NCBI GenBank assembly: GCA_022560555.1
Contig: JADFSZ010000035.1
Coordinates: 1-11,835 of the forward strand
Source: PVC group bacterium
Lineage (GTDB): Bacteria > GCA-001730085 > JADFSZ01
DNA length: 11,835 nt
Direction: 5' to 3'
Of this stretch, positions 1 through 9,701 are shown piece after piece. The stretch's first letter is position 1. Each line of letters starts with the position of its first letter. A program made the position numbers and the translations under genes. The notes beneath the pieces are model-generated. The model was not told the DNA's origin. It saw only the letters and a list, made by a program, of their open reading frames with translations, and made no database searches.

Positions 1-122
1 TCAAGCGTGCCAAAGGAGATAAGTGTCAGCGGTGTTGGACGTACTCCGAGAGTGTAGGAAATCATCAAGAACACACAACATTATGCGGCCGATGTGTGGC
101 TGCGATAGCCGAAGGAGAATAA
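1..122 (+). CDS. ileS: Isoleucyl-tRNA synthetase, C-terminal end (5'-truncated by the window edge)
   Basis: The frame starting at nt 3 reads [39 protein letters not shown], with TAA at 120-122. The CxxC...CxxC zinc-finger tail matches my memory of the E. coli IleS C-terminus (..GEKCPRCWHY...ICGRCV..). Classic ileS-lspA synteny follows downstream. Confidence 0.8.
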   Translation, partial: KRAKGDKCQRCWTYSESVGNHQEHTTLCGRCVAAIAEGE

Positions 123-127
123 ACGCC

Positions 128-505
128 ATGCGTAAAAGTGAGCTCGAGAAATTCAAAAAGAAACTACTGGAATTAAAAAGCGAATTATTCTCCGGAATCC
201 AATCCCTTCAGTCCATGAACCTCGGTAAAAATCAATCCGGGGATTTGTCCGTGGTTCCGAAACATATGGCGGACGTCGGGACGGATAATTACGACCGTGA
301 ATTTTATCTAAATCTTGCAGAGGAGGAGCGCGAGCATTTTTTTATGATCGAGAAAGCTCTGGAACGAATTGAGACAAAAGGATACGGAATTTGTGAAGAA
401 TGCGATAAAAAAATCAATGAAAAACGTCTTGAAGCTGTTCCCTATGCCACTATGTGTATTCCTTGTCAAGAGAAACAGGAACAGGAAGTTATGAGGCCGC
501 GCTAA
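128..505 (+). CDS. dksA: DksA/TraR-family C4 zinc-finger regulator (125 aa from ATG 128)
   Basis: C-terminal CEEC-x17-CIPC is the TraR/DksA signature. The N-terminal part looks like a coiled coil with an acidic stretch, HMADVGTDNYDREF. GAAGGAGA (111-118) lies 9 nt upstream of ATG 128. The track ORF starts at GTG 23, but that stretch overlaps the ileS coding end. Confidence 0.85.
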   Translation: MRKSELEKFKKKLLELKSELFSGIQSLQSMNLGKNQSGDLSVVPKHMADVGTDNYDREFYLNLAEEEREHFFMIEKALERIETKGYGICEECDKKINEKRLEAVPYATMCIPCQEKQEQEVMRPR

Positions 506-508
506 GGG

Positions 509-949
509 ATGATCTTCCTTGCGGCCATTGTCTTGATACTGATAGACGTGGGAATTAAGGCTTGCGTGTTGTCCCGTCTCAGCGAAGGGGAGAGCCTGGC
601 TGTTATCGAGAACATTCTCCATCTTACGCTTGTAAAAAATACGGGAATTGCTTTTGGGCTGTTTCCGGATCAAAAAATCATATCCTTTATTGTTCCTGCC
701 ATCATCATTGTTCTTGTGATGATCTTTCATAAACAGCTTCATGAAGGGAAAGAACCCCGGAAGTACTGCTTGGTCATGATACTGGCAGGCGCAACCGGTA
801 ATTTGATTGATCGCGTCCGGTACGGCGCGGTGATTGACTATATTGATTTTCGGATATGGCCTGTTTTTAATTTTGCGGATACGCTCATCTGTACAGGTTT
901 TGGAGCCCTTATTCTATGCATCCTATTTTGTTCCATATCGGACCGGTAA
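509..949 (+). CDS. lspA: Lipoprotein signal peptidase (signal peptidase II)
   Basis: LspA motifs [15 protein letters not shown] and WPVFNFAD are present, including both catalytic Asp boxes. The protein is a multi-pass hydrophobic membrane protein located just downstream of ileS. Confidence 0.9.
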   Translation: MIFLAAIVLILIDVGIKACVLSRLSEGESLAVIENILHLTLVKNTGIAFGLFPDQKIISFIVPAIIIVLVMIFHKQLHEGKEPRKYCLVMILAGATGNLIDRVRYGAVIDYIDFRIWPVFNFADTLICTGFGALILCILFCSISDR

Positions 950-1671
950 CGATCTACTCCTATGGGGTGGCTTTGGCAGTCGGATTTCTATTGTCCGTAT
1001 ATTTCGCATCTCAAAAGGCTGAAGAAACTCTAGGGATTGACCCGGCTATTATTTATTCATTTGCCATCACCGTCATTATTTTGGGTCTTGTGGGCGCTCG
1101 TATTTTTTATGTTTTCAATGATTGGGGCTATTTTCGGCAGCATCCGGCGGAGATAGTGATGTTTCATCGCGGGGGGCTTGTGTATTACGGGGCGCTCATT
1201 TTTGGCAGTATTGGCGGTGTTTTGTATTTGAAAAATCAAAAGTTATCCGTTTTGGATGTTGCGGACGTTATTAGCCCGTACATCGCGTTGGGGCATGGCA
1301 TTGGCCGCGTAGGATGTTTTTTAAACGGATGCTGTTATGGATCGAGCGCGCTCTTTGACCGGTTTTTATTGGTGTTTGGCCATGGCACACATATGCCGAT
1401 TCAAGCCGTTGCAACTGTGGCGAATCTGGGGATCTTTTTGTTTTTGCTCTCGATGTATTCCCGGCGCCGTTTTCAGGGCCAAATCCTGGCTCTGTATTTC
1501 TTGATTTACGCGGCCGTTCGATTTGGATTAGAAATGTTTCGCGGAGATCCTGTTCTGATGTGGGGCAGCCTGAGATTCTCTCAGGGAATCAGTATTGTCC
1601 TGTTTATTGTTGGGGCCGTGATGTATGTGAACTTGTCCAAAAAAAACAAAAGCCCAAAGATTAAGCCATGA
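916..1671 (+). CDS. lgt: Phosphatidylglycerol:prolipoprotein diacylglyceryl transferase
   Basis: The N-terminus [22 protein letters not shown] aligns with E. coli Lgt [22 protein letters not shown] (from memory). Further motifs are [27 protein letters not shown] and LEMFRGD. GGAG at 902-905 precedes ATG 916. The gene overlaps the lspA 3' end by 34 nt. Confidence 0.92.
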   Translation: MHPILFHIGPVTIYSYGVALAVGFLLSVYFASQKAEETLGIDPAIIYSFAITVIILGLVGARIFYVFNDWGYFRQHPAEIVMFHRGGLVYYGALIFGSIGGVLYLKNQKLSVLDVADVISPYIALGHGIGRVGCFLNGCCYGSSALFDRFLLVFGHGTHMPIQAVATVANLGIFLFLLSMYSRRRFQGQILALYFLIYAAVRFGLEMFRGDPVLMWGSLRFSQGISIVLFIVGAVMYVNLSKKNKSPKIKP

Positions 1672-2609
1672 AAAAGATTGTTTACCATGTTTTGGAAGAA
1701 GATGTAGGAGAGCGGATTGACAAATTTATTATGCTCAAAATCGAAGAAAAAGTTTCCCGTACGTTTATTCAAAAAGTGATTCGTGATAAAGGTGTACTTG
1801 TGAATGACCGTGCGGTCGCATCCAATTACAGAATACGCATCGATGAAGAAATCACGATCTTGCTTCCGGAAATCGTTCCTTGGAAGCTTCGGGCCGAAAA
1901 GATACCGCTGGATATTGTTTATGAGGATGCGGATGTGATTGTGGTTAACAAGGCGGCTTTTATGGTCGTGCATCCCGCGGGCGGTCACAGGGAACACACT
2001 CTTGTGCATGCCTTACTGGGACACGCGGAACACTTGTCAAAATGCGAGGATGGTATTCGTCCCGGGATCGTTCATCGGCTGGACAAAGAAACCTCAGGTT
2101 TACTGATTGTGGCCAAAACAGATTTTGCTCATATGAGGTTGTCTGATGATCTCAAGAATAGAAAAATTAAAAAAACGTATTTTGCTCTTGTCTATGGAGT
2201 GCCGGACAAAAAACACGGAACGATTCATGCTTCTTTGACTCGTTCGAGGCGTGATAGGAAGAAAATGGTTATCGCTAAAGAGGGAAAAGAGGGGATTACG
2301 CATTATGATGTTGAGAAAATTTGGGAAAAGTATGCATTGTTAAAAATTCAAACCGAAACCGGACGCACACATCAAATCCGTGTACATTTGGGTCATATTG
2401 GCCATTCCGTTGTTGGGGACAAATTATATCGTCTTCGAAAATGGGGCCCGTATTATAAAGAGGGGGATGCATTGATTAACCGCCAAGCTCTTCATGCATC
2501 AGGATTAGTCTTTCATCATCCCCGTTCCGGCCGCGAGATCCGCCTCTCGGCGCCGATGCCGGACGATATGAAACAGGCCATTGCCGGTTTGGGTCCGGGG
2601 GGTGTATGA
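1668..2609 (+). CDS. rluD: 23S rRNA pseudouridine synthase, RluA family (RluD-like, with an N-terminal S4 domain)
   Basis: Motifs [28 protein letters not shown] (catalytic Asp) and [10 protein letters not shown] are present, plus an S4-like N-terminus (RIDKF...[18 protein letters not shown]). The start overlaps the lgt stop as ATGA. Confidence 0.88.
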   Translation: MKKIVYHVLEEDVGERIDKFIMLKIEEKVSRTFIQKVIRDKGVLVNDRAVASNYRIRIDEEITILLPEIVPWKLRAEKIPLDIVYEDADVIVVNKAAFMVVHPAGGHREHTLVHALLGHAEHLSKCEDGIRPGIVHRLDKETSGLLIVAKTDFAHMRLSDDLKNRKIKKTYFALVYGVPDKKHGTIHASLTRSRRDRKKMVIAKEGKEGITHYDVEKIWEKYALLKIQTETGRTHQIRVHLGHIGHSVVGDKLYRLRKWGPYYKEGDALINRQALHASGLVFHHPRSGREIRLSAPMPDDMKQAIAGLGPGGV

Positions 2610-2641
2610 TAGAAAAGAAAATGATGAAACGGAGGAACCTT

Positions 2642-4021
2642 ATGAAAACACGCATAGAACAGGATAGCATGGGCCCCATCCGTGTGCCTCAGTCATGTTA
2701 TTACGGGGCTCAAACGGCCCGATCTCTTAAAAACTTTTCCATCGGGTCGGAGGTCTTTCCAAGAGAATTGATTTGGGCCCTGGGTGTTGTCAAAAAAGCA
2801 ACGGCTCTGGTTAATATCAAATCGAAAAAATTGGATAAACGAATAGGCATGGCTATTATCAAGGCCTCCGATGAGGTTATGCGGGGTAGATGGGATCCTG
2901 AGTTTCCAATAAGCGTTTGGCAGACGGGAAGCGGGACGCAGACGAATATGAACGCCAATGAGGTTATTTCGAACCGTGCCATTGAAATTCTAAGAGGGAT
3001 AAAGGGAAGTAAAAAGCCTGTTCATCCGAATGATCATGTGAACATGAGTCAGTCAACGAACGATGTGTTTCCGACCGTTATGCATGTGGCGACCGCCCGG
3101 ATGATTGTCGGTGATTTGATTCCCGCGCTTAAACAATTACGTCAAAGTGTTCATCAAAAGTCTATTCGCTTCACAAAAATTGTTAAAATCGGCCGCACGC
3201 ATTTGCAAGATGCCGTGCCGTTGACGCTGGGGCAAGTTTTTTCCGCTTATGTTGATCAATTGGATCAAGCAATGGATGCGATTGAAAAAAGCCTGGGGGG
3301 GATTTACCGCTTGGCCTTAGGTGCGACGGCTGTCGGGACAGGTTTGAACGCGCCCAAGGGATTTGGCGTTGCTTGTGCGAAAGAAATTGCAAAAATCACA
3401 AAATTACCTTTTGTCCCGGCCAAAAATAAATTTGCGGCTCTTGCGGGTCATGAGGCTCTGGTTCAGGCGAGCGGAGCCATGAAGGTGCTTGCAGTGGCGA
3501 TGATGAAAATCGCGAATGATATCCGGTGGCTGGCGAGCGGACCCCGTTCGGGAATCGGAGAAATCCAATTACCGGAGAATGAGCCTGGTTCGTCTATCAT
3601 GCCCGGCAAAGTGAATCCGACGCAGTGTGAGGTGGTTACGATGGTTGCGTCTCAAGTGATGGGTAATGATGTCACTATTGGTGTGGCGGCGGCATCCGGG
3701 AATTTTGAGTTGAATGTTTATAAACCCGTTATCATTTACAACATACTGCAATCCATCCGGCTGCTTTCGGATGTGACAGGGTCTTTTTGCAAAAATTGTG
3801 TGGAGGGGATTCGCCCAAGACGTGATGTGATAAAGAAGCATTTGTATAATTCTCTGATGCTGGTGACGGCTCTCAATCCAAAGATCGGCTACGATAACGC
3901 GGCCAAGGTGGCCAAAAAGGCCCATAAAGAAGACAAAAGCCTGAAAGAGGCGGCCATCGCTCTAGGGTTTTTGACGGCCAAAGAATTTGATCGAATTGTA
4001 AAGCCGGAAAAGATGGTTTAG
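2642..4021 (+). CDS. fumC: Class II fumarate hydratase
   Basis: The signature [15 protein letters not shown] is present. The N-terminus [16 protein letters not shown]...[12 protein letters not shown] aligns with E. coli FumC MNTVRSEKDSMGAIDVP. GGAGGA at 2631-2636 precedes ATG 2642. The ORF is open from ATG 2606, but those 12 extra residues have no FumC counterpart. Confidence 0.95.
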   Translation: MKTRIEQDSMGPIRVPQSCYYGAQTARSLKNFSIGSEVFPRELIWALGVVKKATALVNIKSKKLDKRIGMAIIKASDEVMRGRWDPEFPISVWQTGSGTQTNMNANEVISNRAIEILRGIKGSKKPVHPNDHVNMSQSTNDVFPTVMHVATARMIVGDLIPALKQLRQSVHQKSIRFTKIVKIGRTHLQDAVPLTLGQVFSAYVDQLDQAMDAIEKSLGGIYRLALGATAVGTGLNAPKGFGVACAKEIAKITKLPFVPAKNKFAALAGHEALVQASGAMKVLAVAMMKIANDIRWLASGPRSGIGEIQLPENEPGSSIMPGKVNPTQCEVVTMVASQVMGNDVTIGVAAASGNFELNVYKPVIIYNILQSIRLLSDVTGSFCKNCVEGIRPRRDVIKKHLYNSLMLVTALNPKIGYDNAAKVAKKAHKEDKSLKEAAIALGFLTAKEFDRIVKPEKMV

Positions 4022-4042
4022 GTTCTCCCATGTTGATGAGGA

Positions 4043-4786
4043 ATGGTTTATTCTATGATTTTGACATTTAGACGTTCGTGTAAAATTGCCGGCGGGTTAG
4101 GAGCCCTTTTTATACTGATGTGTTGTCCCCGGGTTTATGCGCAAGCCTTTTCCGGTCCTGATATGGTTTTTGAAGAGAGCAAACACGATTTTGGATTTTT
4201 GACTCAAGGGAAAAAAGTTGAACATGTATTTCGTTTTAAAAATAACGGAGATGTTCATCTTATCATCGATGATATCAAAACAAGCTGCGGGTGCACGGCG
4301 GCTGTTTTATCCGACAAAACGATTGCTCCCGGATCTGAGGGAGAAATTCTCGTCCGTTTTGATTCCCGCGGCAAGTTTGGCCGGTTCGTAAAAAAAATTT
4401 ATATCATGACAAATGTTCAAGATCAACCCATTCGAGAGATTGCGGTTTCGGGAGAAGTCGCGGCGTCCCCTCATCCTGAAATGACGGGCACCATCAGCCT
4501 TTTTCAGGGGGATTGTCGGACGTGTCACGTTGAGAGAGGCGTTGGCCAAAGAGGGGAAGCCCTCTATCAGGCCGATTGCGCGATGTGTCACGAACATCAT
4601 CTTAAGGGTGAAATTTTCATCGCACCGTCGAAAACAGAAATGCAGGGCCACGAGAGAGAGTATTTATTTAACAGCATTATGAACGGGATAGAAAATAAAT
4701 CGATGCCCGCTTTTCACCGCGATCATGGGGGCCCTTTAGGGGATATCCAGATTCAAACATTGGTGGATTTTATAAAAGGAAATTAA
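4043..4786 (+). CDS. Secreted DUF1573-domain protein fused to a C-terminal c-type cytochrome domain with two CxxCH motifs
   Basis: There is a signal peptide (..GGLGALFILMCCPRVYAQA/F). The DUF1573 core reads HDFGFLTQGKKVEHVFRFKNNGDVHLIIDDIKTSCGCTA...PGSEGEILVRF, with SCGCT at 4283-4297. Heme motifs are CRTCH (4514-4528) and CAMCH (4577-4591). The tail looks like a class I cytochrome c (..NKSMPAF...LGDIQIQTLVDFI). ATG 4055 is an alternative start. Confidence 0.8.
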   Translation: MVYSMILTFRRSCKIAGGLGALFILMCCPRVYAQAFSGPDMVFEESKHDFGFLTQGKKVEHVFRFKNNGDVHLIIDDIKTSCGCTAAVLSDKTIAPGSEGEILVRFDSRGKFGRFVKKIYIMTNVQDQPIREIAVSGEVAASPHPEMTGTISLFQGDCRTCHVERGVGQRGEALYQADCAMCHEHHLKGEIFIAPSKTEMQGHEREYLFNSIMNGIENKSMPAFHRDHGGPLGDIQIQTLVDFIKGN

Positions 4787-4795
4787 AAATCTTAA

Positions 4796-5845
4796 ATGAG
4801 CATGAAAAACACAAAAAAGATATTGGAAGAAAAATTAAAAAGTCGCATTCTCATTTTGGATGGCGCAATGGGAACGATGATTCAGGCGTACTGTTTGGAA
4901 GAAAAGGATTTTAGGGGCTCTCGTTTCAAAGAGCATCCGTGTGATCTCAAAGGCAACAATGATCTTTTGACGTTGACGAAGGCTCAGATGATTTATGATA
5001 TTCATCTGTCTTTTCTTGAGGCCGGGGCCGATATTATCGAAACCAACACGTTTAATTCGACATCGATTTCTCAGGCCGATTATCAGCTTGAAGATATTGT
5101 TTATGAACTCAACCTTGAGGGGGCCAAAAACGCGAGAAGGGCCGTGCAGGATATTGAAAAACAAGACCCCCATCATCCCCGGTTTGTGGCGGGAGCGATC
5201 GGCCCGACTTCTAAAACGGCAACGATGTCTCCGGAAGTGAACAATCCGGGATTTCGAAATGTGAGTTTTGATGATCTTGTCCGGACGTATACCGAATCCA
5301 TTCGCGGCCTTATTGATGGGGGGGTGGATATTCTTTTGATTGAAACGGTTTTTGATACGTTAAACTGCAAAGCCGCGATCTTTGCGGTTCTCGAATATTT
5401 TGAAAAAAATCACATTGCATTGCCCATCATGATTTCGGGAACCATAACGGACGCGAGCGGGCGCACACTTTCGGGACAAACACCGGAAGCGTTTTGGTAT
5501 TCGGTTAGACATGCCAAACCCATCGCGATAGGACTGAATTGCGCTTTGGGCGCCAAAGAACTACGGGCGCATATCGAAGCGATTTCCAATGTCGCAGATT
5601 GCGCCGTCAGTATTTATCCTAATGCCGGATTGCCGAATGAAATGGGTGAATACGATGATACACCTGAAGAGATGGCTGATGTGCTTAAAGACTTTGCTTC
5701 TCAGGGCTGGCTCAATTTTGTGGGCGGATGTTGCGGGACGACACCGGATCATATTCGCGCCATGCAGATGCCATGGCAAGCGTTTCTCCCCGGAAAATTC
5801 CCGAACACAAACCTTTCTTGGCGCTGGCCGGTCTTGAGCCTTTAG
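4796..5845 (+). CDS. metH: metH N-terminal fragment as read (homocysteine S-methyltransferase domain). The last ~27 codons are out of frame.
   Basis: Homology holds up to ...[14 protein letters not shown] (ATG 5762-5764). It then becomes the unrelated tail [26 protein letters not shown]. Confidence 0.85.
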   Translation: MSMKNTKKILEEKLKSRILILDGAMGTMIQAYCLEEKDFRGSRFKEHPCDLKGNNDLLTLTKAQMIYDIHLSFLEAGADIIETNTFNSTSISQADYQLEDIVYELNLEGAKNARRAVQDIEKQDPHHPRFVAGAIGPTSKTATMSPEVNNPGFRNVSFDDLVRTYTESIRGLIDGGVDILLIETVFDTLNCKAAIFAVLEYFEKNHIALPIMISGTITDASGRTLSGQTPEAFWYSVRHAKPIAIGLNCALGAKELRAHIEAISNVADCAVSIYPNAGLPNEMGEYDDTPEEMADVLKDFASQGWLNFVGGCCGTTPDHIRAMQMPWQAFLPGKFPNTNLSWRWPVLSL

Positions 5846-8496
5846 TGATAACACCCGAAAGTTTGTTCGTAAATATTGGTGAGAGAACGAATGTTACAGG
5901 GTCAGCCAAATTTTCCAAGTTGATCAAATCCGAAGATTATGAAACGGCTCTTGAAGTTGCGCGTGAGCAGGTGGAAAACGGCGCGCAGATCATAGACGTT
6001 AATATGGATGAAGGGCTCATTGAATCGGCCGAAGTTATGACCACATTTTTACATATGGTCGCGAGTGAGCCGGATATCAGCCGTGTGCCGATTATGGTGG
6101 ATTCGTCCAAGTGGTCGGTGATTGAAGCGGGTTTGAAATGTGTGCAGGGCAAAGGGGTGGTGAACTCTATCAGTCTGAAAGAAGGGGAGCAGATTTTTAC
6201 GGAGCAGGCCAAAAAAATCTTAAAGTACGGTGCTGCCGTTATTGTCATGGCGTTTGATGAACAGGGGCAAGCCGCTACCTTAGAACGGCGCGTGGAGATT
6301 TGTACAAAAAGTTATGAAATTTTAACTAAAAAAGTTGGATTTGCGCCGGAGGATATTATTTTTGATCCAAACATCTTTGCCGTGGGTACGGGTCTTGATG
6401 AGCACAAAAATTATGCTGTGGATTATATCAATGCCGCGCGATCGATCAAAGAAAAGTTCCCTCATGCTCATATCAGCGGAGGCGTGAGCAATGTATCGTT
6501 TTCTTTTCGAGGCAACAATAGACTTCGTGAAGCGATACACTCGGCCTTTCTTTATCACGCGATTCAAGCGGGAATGGATATGGGGATTGTTAATGCGGGG
6601 CAATTAGTCGTTTATGATGAAATTCCGAAGGATCTTTTGGAGCGCATTGAAGATGTTTTATTAAATCGACGCGATGACGCTACGGAGCGTTTGCTTGAAG
6701 TGGCTGAATCGGTTGAGGGCAAAGCCAAAGCCAAGGAAAAAGATCTTACTTGGCGAAAAGGAACAGCCGAAGAACGTCTCATCCATGCCTTGGTCAAAGG
6801 GATTACGGAGTTTATTGAAGTCGATACCGAAGAAGTGCGCCAGAAATGTGAACGTACACTTCATGTGATCGAAGGGCCTTTGATGGATGGGATGAACGTT
6901 GTCGGAGATCTATTTGGCGAAGGAAAAATGTTTTTGCCTCAAGTCGTGAAAAGCGCGCGTGTGATGAAGACGGCGGTTGCTTATTTGCTTCCTTTTTTGG
7001 AAAAAGAAAAAAGGGAAAATCCTGAGCTGCAGGCTCAAACGAGGGAAAAGGTTCTCCTCGCGACCGTTAAAGGGGATGTGCATGATATTGGAAAAAACAT
7101 TGTTGCCGTTGTTCTTGAATGCAATAATTTTGAGGTTTTAAATCTGGGGGTAATGGTGCCGGCCCAAGAGATTTTGGAGCAGGCTAAAAAGGAGAATGTG
7201 GATGTGATCGGACTGTCCGGTTTGATCACACCGTCCTTGGATGAGATGGCGCATGTAGCGGGGGAAATGGAGCGCTTGGGTTATACTGTCCCTCTTTTAA
7301 TCGGAGGGGCGACCACATCCAAAATGCATACGGCCCTAAAAATTTCTCCTCAATATCATGGGCCTACGATTTATGTTACGGATGCGTCTAAAGCGGTGGG
7401 TGTGGTTCAGAAATTGATTCATAAAGAACAGAGGGAAAAATATGCTGCGACGATTAAAAACGAGTATGAAAAAATCCGCCAAGAGAGAAGTGCCGGCAAA
7501 GGCGTGTTACGGCTTTTGTCTATTGAAAAGGCCCGCCAAAATAAATTTCAAACGGATTGGGCCAAAATCGTTCCGTCTAAACCGTCATTTATCGGCCCCA
7601 AGCTGCTCAAAAATTATCCGATTGAGGAAATTGCGACACGGATTGATTGGAGTATCTTTTTTCAAACGTGGCAACTCAAGGGCCGCATTCCGGCGATTTT
7701 TTCTGATGCAGTGATTGGCAAAGAAGCCAGAAAACTTTATGAGGATGCGGAAAAACTTTTAAAGAGGCTGATAGGGCGCAAGCAGTTAAGGGCCAATGCT
7801 GTTCTCGCTTTTTACCCGGCGAACGCTGTTGGCGATGATATTGAGCTTTACACGGATGAGTCGAGAAAAAAGGTTTTGGCAACGATTCATACTCTTCGTC
7901 AGCAGATTAACAAGTCCGCTCGACGAAGCAATATGGCCCTAGCCGATTTTATTGCGCCGAAAGAAAGCGGCGTGGCCGATTATATCGGCGCCTTCGCGGT
8001 GACAACGGGAATCGGAGCTGATGCCATCGCGCAGGAATTTGAGAAAAAGCACGATGATTATTCAAGCATTATGGTCAAAGCTCTTGCGGATCGTCTGGCC
8101 GAAGCTTTTGCCGAGCGTCTGCACGAACGTGTCAGGAAGGAGTACTGGGGATACGCGGCCGACGAAACATTGACAAATGAAGATTTAATTAAAGAAAGGT
8201 ATCGAGGGATTCGTCCCGCTCCCGGATATCCGGCGTGTCCGGATCATTCGGAAAAACAAATTCTTTTTGACAAAATATTAAAAAAGACAAAAGACGCAGG
8301 TATAGTGCTTACAGAAAATTATGCCATGGTGCCCGGAGCTTCTGTGAGCGGGTATTATATTGCGCATCCGGAGGCCAGTTATTTTGGGATCGGAAAAATT
8401 GCGAAGGATCAGGTTGAAGATTATGCCGATCGTAAAGGGATGGATATTTCAACTACGGAAAGATGGCTCGCGCCGAATTTGGGATATGATGCTTAG
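5728..8496 (+). CDS. metH: metH C-terminal fragment as read (pterin-binding, B12-binding and SAM/activation domains)
   Basis: MetH-like sequence in this frame starts at about 5764 ([27 protein letters not shown]...). The ATG at 5728 lies inside the Hcy-domain coding region of the other frame. ATG 5773 is a possible restart codon. Confidence 0.85.
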   Translation: MLRDDTGSYSRHADAMASVSPRKIPEHKPFLALAGLEPLVITPESLFVNIGERTNVTGSAKFSKLIKSEDYETALEVAREQVENGAQIIDVNMDEGLIESAEVMTTFLHMVASEPDISRVPIMVDSSKWSVIEAGLKCVQGKGVVNSISLKEGEQIFTEQAKKILKYGAAVIVMAFDEQGQAATLERRVEICTKSYEILTKKVGFAPEDIIFDPNIFAVGTGLDEHKNYAVDYINAARSIKEKFPHAHISGGVSNVSFSFRGNNRLREAIHSAFLYHAIQAGMDMGIVNAGQLVVYDEIPKDLLERIEDVLLNRRDDATERLLEVAESVEGKAKAKEKDLTWRKGTAEERLIHALVKGITEFIEVDTEEVRQKCERTLHVIEGPLMDGMNVVGDLFGEGKMFLPQVVKSARVMKTAVAYLLPFLEKEKRENPELQAQTREKVLLATVKGDVHDIGKNIVAVVLECNNFEVLNLGVMVPAQEILEQAKKENVDVIGLSGLITPSLDEMAHVAGEMERLGYTVPLLIGGATTSKMHTALKISPQYHGPTIYVTDASKAVGVVQKLIHKEQREKYAATIKNEYEKIRQERSAGKGVLRLLSIEKARQNKFQTDWAKIVPSKPSFIGPKLLKNYPIEEIATRIDWSIFFQTWQLKGRIPAIFSDAVIGKEARKLYEDAEKLLKRLIGRKQLRANAVLAFYPANAVGDDIELYTDESRKKVLATIHTLRQQINKSARRSNMALADFIAPKESGVADYIGAFAVTTGIGADAIAQEFEKKHDDYSSIMVKALADRLAEAFAERLHERVRKEYWGYAADETLTNEDLIKERYRGIRPAPGYPACPDHSEKQILFDKILKKTKDAGIVLTENYAMVPGASVSGYYIAHPEASYFGIGKIAKDQVEDYADRKGMDISTTERWLAPNLGYDA

Positions 8497-8502
8497 GGAC
8501 GA

Positions 8503-9696
8503 ATGATAAACGACAAAGCCCAAATGACAAATGAGAAGATTCGAATGGCGAATGAAAAATTAGAGCAGCTGCATTTTCCTCCCTTTGATCTTAAGCGATT
8601 GCTGAAAACCGTTTTTGCGCCTCAGAAAGGCGAAAAAATCTGTATTTTGATTGATTTGGAGGATTTTGGGAAAATTAAAGATTTTTCTTTTTTGAATGAC
8701 ACTGGTTTAACGATTCAGCGTTATGCCCATGATGTGTTTTATCAGGGACTCAAAAACGGTGTGATGGATCAGTTGGGTCTTGAGGACGGCCGGATGTTTG
8801 CGTATCGTATCACAGGCGGGAGTAATCTTGATTTGACTGACGAGGCTTATGATGTTCAAGGCCTGCGCTTGTCTCTCGAAAAAGATATTTATTCTCAGTT
8901 TGACATTATTCTTTGTATTTCGACTTTTTCGGCAACGGCTCCGCTGACGGCCAGTGCCAAACAGTATGGATTTCGCGGGGCCACATTGCACGGTATCAAT
9001 AAGATCATTCTTGAGACGGGATTGTCCGTCGACTATGAGATTGTCAGCGTCCAAGCCGAAAAACTACGTCAGGGGCTCACCAGGGCCGAGTTTGTCGAGG
9101 TGGATTTTGAGGTTCGGGGGCAAAATGAAACGCTCAAGATTTTTTTGGACGGCCAAGAGGCGCAGAAAAGTCACGGGATATGCCGGGGCAAAGAGCCGGC
9201 TGTCGCGAATCTGCCTGCCGGAGAAGTTTATTTTGTTCCGACAGGGGCTGAGGGGAAATTTCCCATGAAATACGATGACGGAACGCTCGGGTGGATCAAA
9301 GTCAAAAATGGCCGTATCGTTTCTGTGTCTTTGATTGAGGGAAAGGCGGATACAATCCAAGAGCACTTAAAAAAAATCGAGGATGATCCCGTCACAGGGG
9401 AGTTAGGGGAGCTGGGATTTGGGACGCAAATTTTGCCCTTTTCGGGACAAGACATTCAGGACGAAAAAATCCTCGGGACATGTCATATCGCAACGGGACG
9501 AAGCGATCACTTAGGCGGACATCTTACGCCGGACAAGTTTCGTCACAAAATCAATGCCACCCATGATGACATTTTGTTTACGCCGCACAAAACACCCGAA
9601 ATTAAATTGAGCCGGGTGCGCATGATGCGGGATGGAGAAATGACCACTTTAGTTGAAAATTATCAGCCGTCAGAATATATGAAAAGTCTGCTTTAG
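8503..9696 (+). CDS. M29 (AmpS/PepS/aminopeptidase T)-like metalloenzyme with a divergent N-terminal half
   Basis: The order and spacing of motifs match my memory of the S. aureus AmpS metal-ligand motifs. ANLPAGEVYFVP (9208-9240) matches ANIPTEEVFTAP. GELGFG (9406-9423) matches GEVALVP. DEKILGTCHIATG (9460-9498) matches DENAACHLAIG. THDDILF (HDD at 9562-9570) matches VHVDFMIG. The start is ambiguous between ATG 8503, 8524 and 8545. Confidence 0.6.
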   Translation: MINDKAQMTNEKIRMANEKLEQLHFPPFDLKRLLKTVFAPQKGEKICILIDLEDFGKIKDFSFLNDTGLTIQRYAHDVFYQGLKNGVMDQLGLEDGRMFAYRITGGSNLDLTDEAYDVQGLRLSLEKDIYSQFDIILCISTFSATAPLTASAKQYGFRGATLHGINKIILETGLSVDYEIVSVQAEKLRQGLTRAEFVEVDFEVRGQNETLKIFLDGQEAQKSHGICRGKEPAVANLPAGEVYFVPTGAEGKFPMKYDDGTLGWIKVKNGRIVSVSLIEGKADTIQEHLKKIEDDPVTGELGELGFGTQILPFSGQDIQDEKILGTCHIATGRSDHLGGHLTPDKFRHKINATHDDILFTPHKTPEIKLSRVRMMRDGEMTTLVENYQPSEYMKSLL

Positions 9697-9701
9697 CTTC
9701 T

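Larger units (their letters stand above)
4796..8496 (+). pseudogene. metH: Cobalamin-dependent methionine synthase, full-length locus with the reading frame broken once near 5764 (true frameshift or sequence error)
   Basis: All MetH modules are recognisable: Hcy domain ([28 protein letters not shown] zinc ligands), pterin domain ([29 protein letters not shown]), B12 domain ([27 protein letters not shown]) and activation domain ([12 protein letters not shown]). Restoring one base gives about 1233 aa, against about 1227 aa for E. coli MetH (from memory). Confidence 0.9.

Noticed and set aside
23-127. N-terminal extension of the DksA-like ORF from GTG 23 ([35 protein letters not shown])
   Set aside because: This stretch overlaps the clearly conserved ileS C-terminal zinc-finger coding sequence in another frame. 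ATG 128 has a strong GAAGGAGA SD and gives a normal DksA-like length.
503-511. dksA-like and lspA are in the same frame, separated only by TAA GGG, which suggested possible stop-codon readthrough and a fusion protein
   Set aside because: Sharing a frame happens by chance one time in three. TAA is an efficient stop, and fusing a cytoplasmic zinc finger to a membrane peptidase has no rationale.
308-742. Long antisense ORFs: 308..742, 1581..2009, 3569..3925, 4307..4651, 4835..5176, 5937..6248, 8707..9054, 9064..9366 and 11313..11678, all on the - strand
   Set aside because: Each lies fully inside a well-supported sense-strand gene. Their translations are low-complexity or Arg/Ser/Lys-rich with no recognisable motifs, as expected for shadow ORFs.
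834-1022. 62-aa + strand ORF across the lspA/lgt junction
   Set aside because: It is out of frame with both conserved genes, which already account for this DNA, and it has no motif.
2606-2641. Upstream ATG 2606 as the fumC start (extra [12 protein letters not shown])
   Set aside because: The FumC N-terminal alignment begins at [11 protein letters not shown] (ATG 2642), which is preceded by GGAGGA. The upstream extension has no homologous counterpart.
4787-4795. Cobalamin or SAM riboswitch, or a T-box, upstream of metH
   Set aside because: Only 9 nt separate metH from the preceding gene, which leaves no room for a structured leader.
5755-5775. Programmed -1 ribosomal frameshifting in metH
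   Set aside because: There is no X XXY YYZ slippery heptamer at the junction (c gcc atg cag atg). I see no obvious downstream stem-loop or pseudoknot. A one-base deletion or a sequence error is simpler.
5589-7714. Alternative-frame + strand ORFs inside metH (4995..5240, 5589..5837, 6674..6868, 7442..7714)
   Set aside because: They are embedded in strongly conserved MetH coding sequence. Their translations are basic and low-complexity with no start-site signals.
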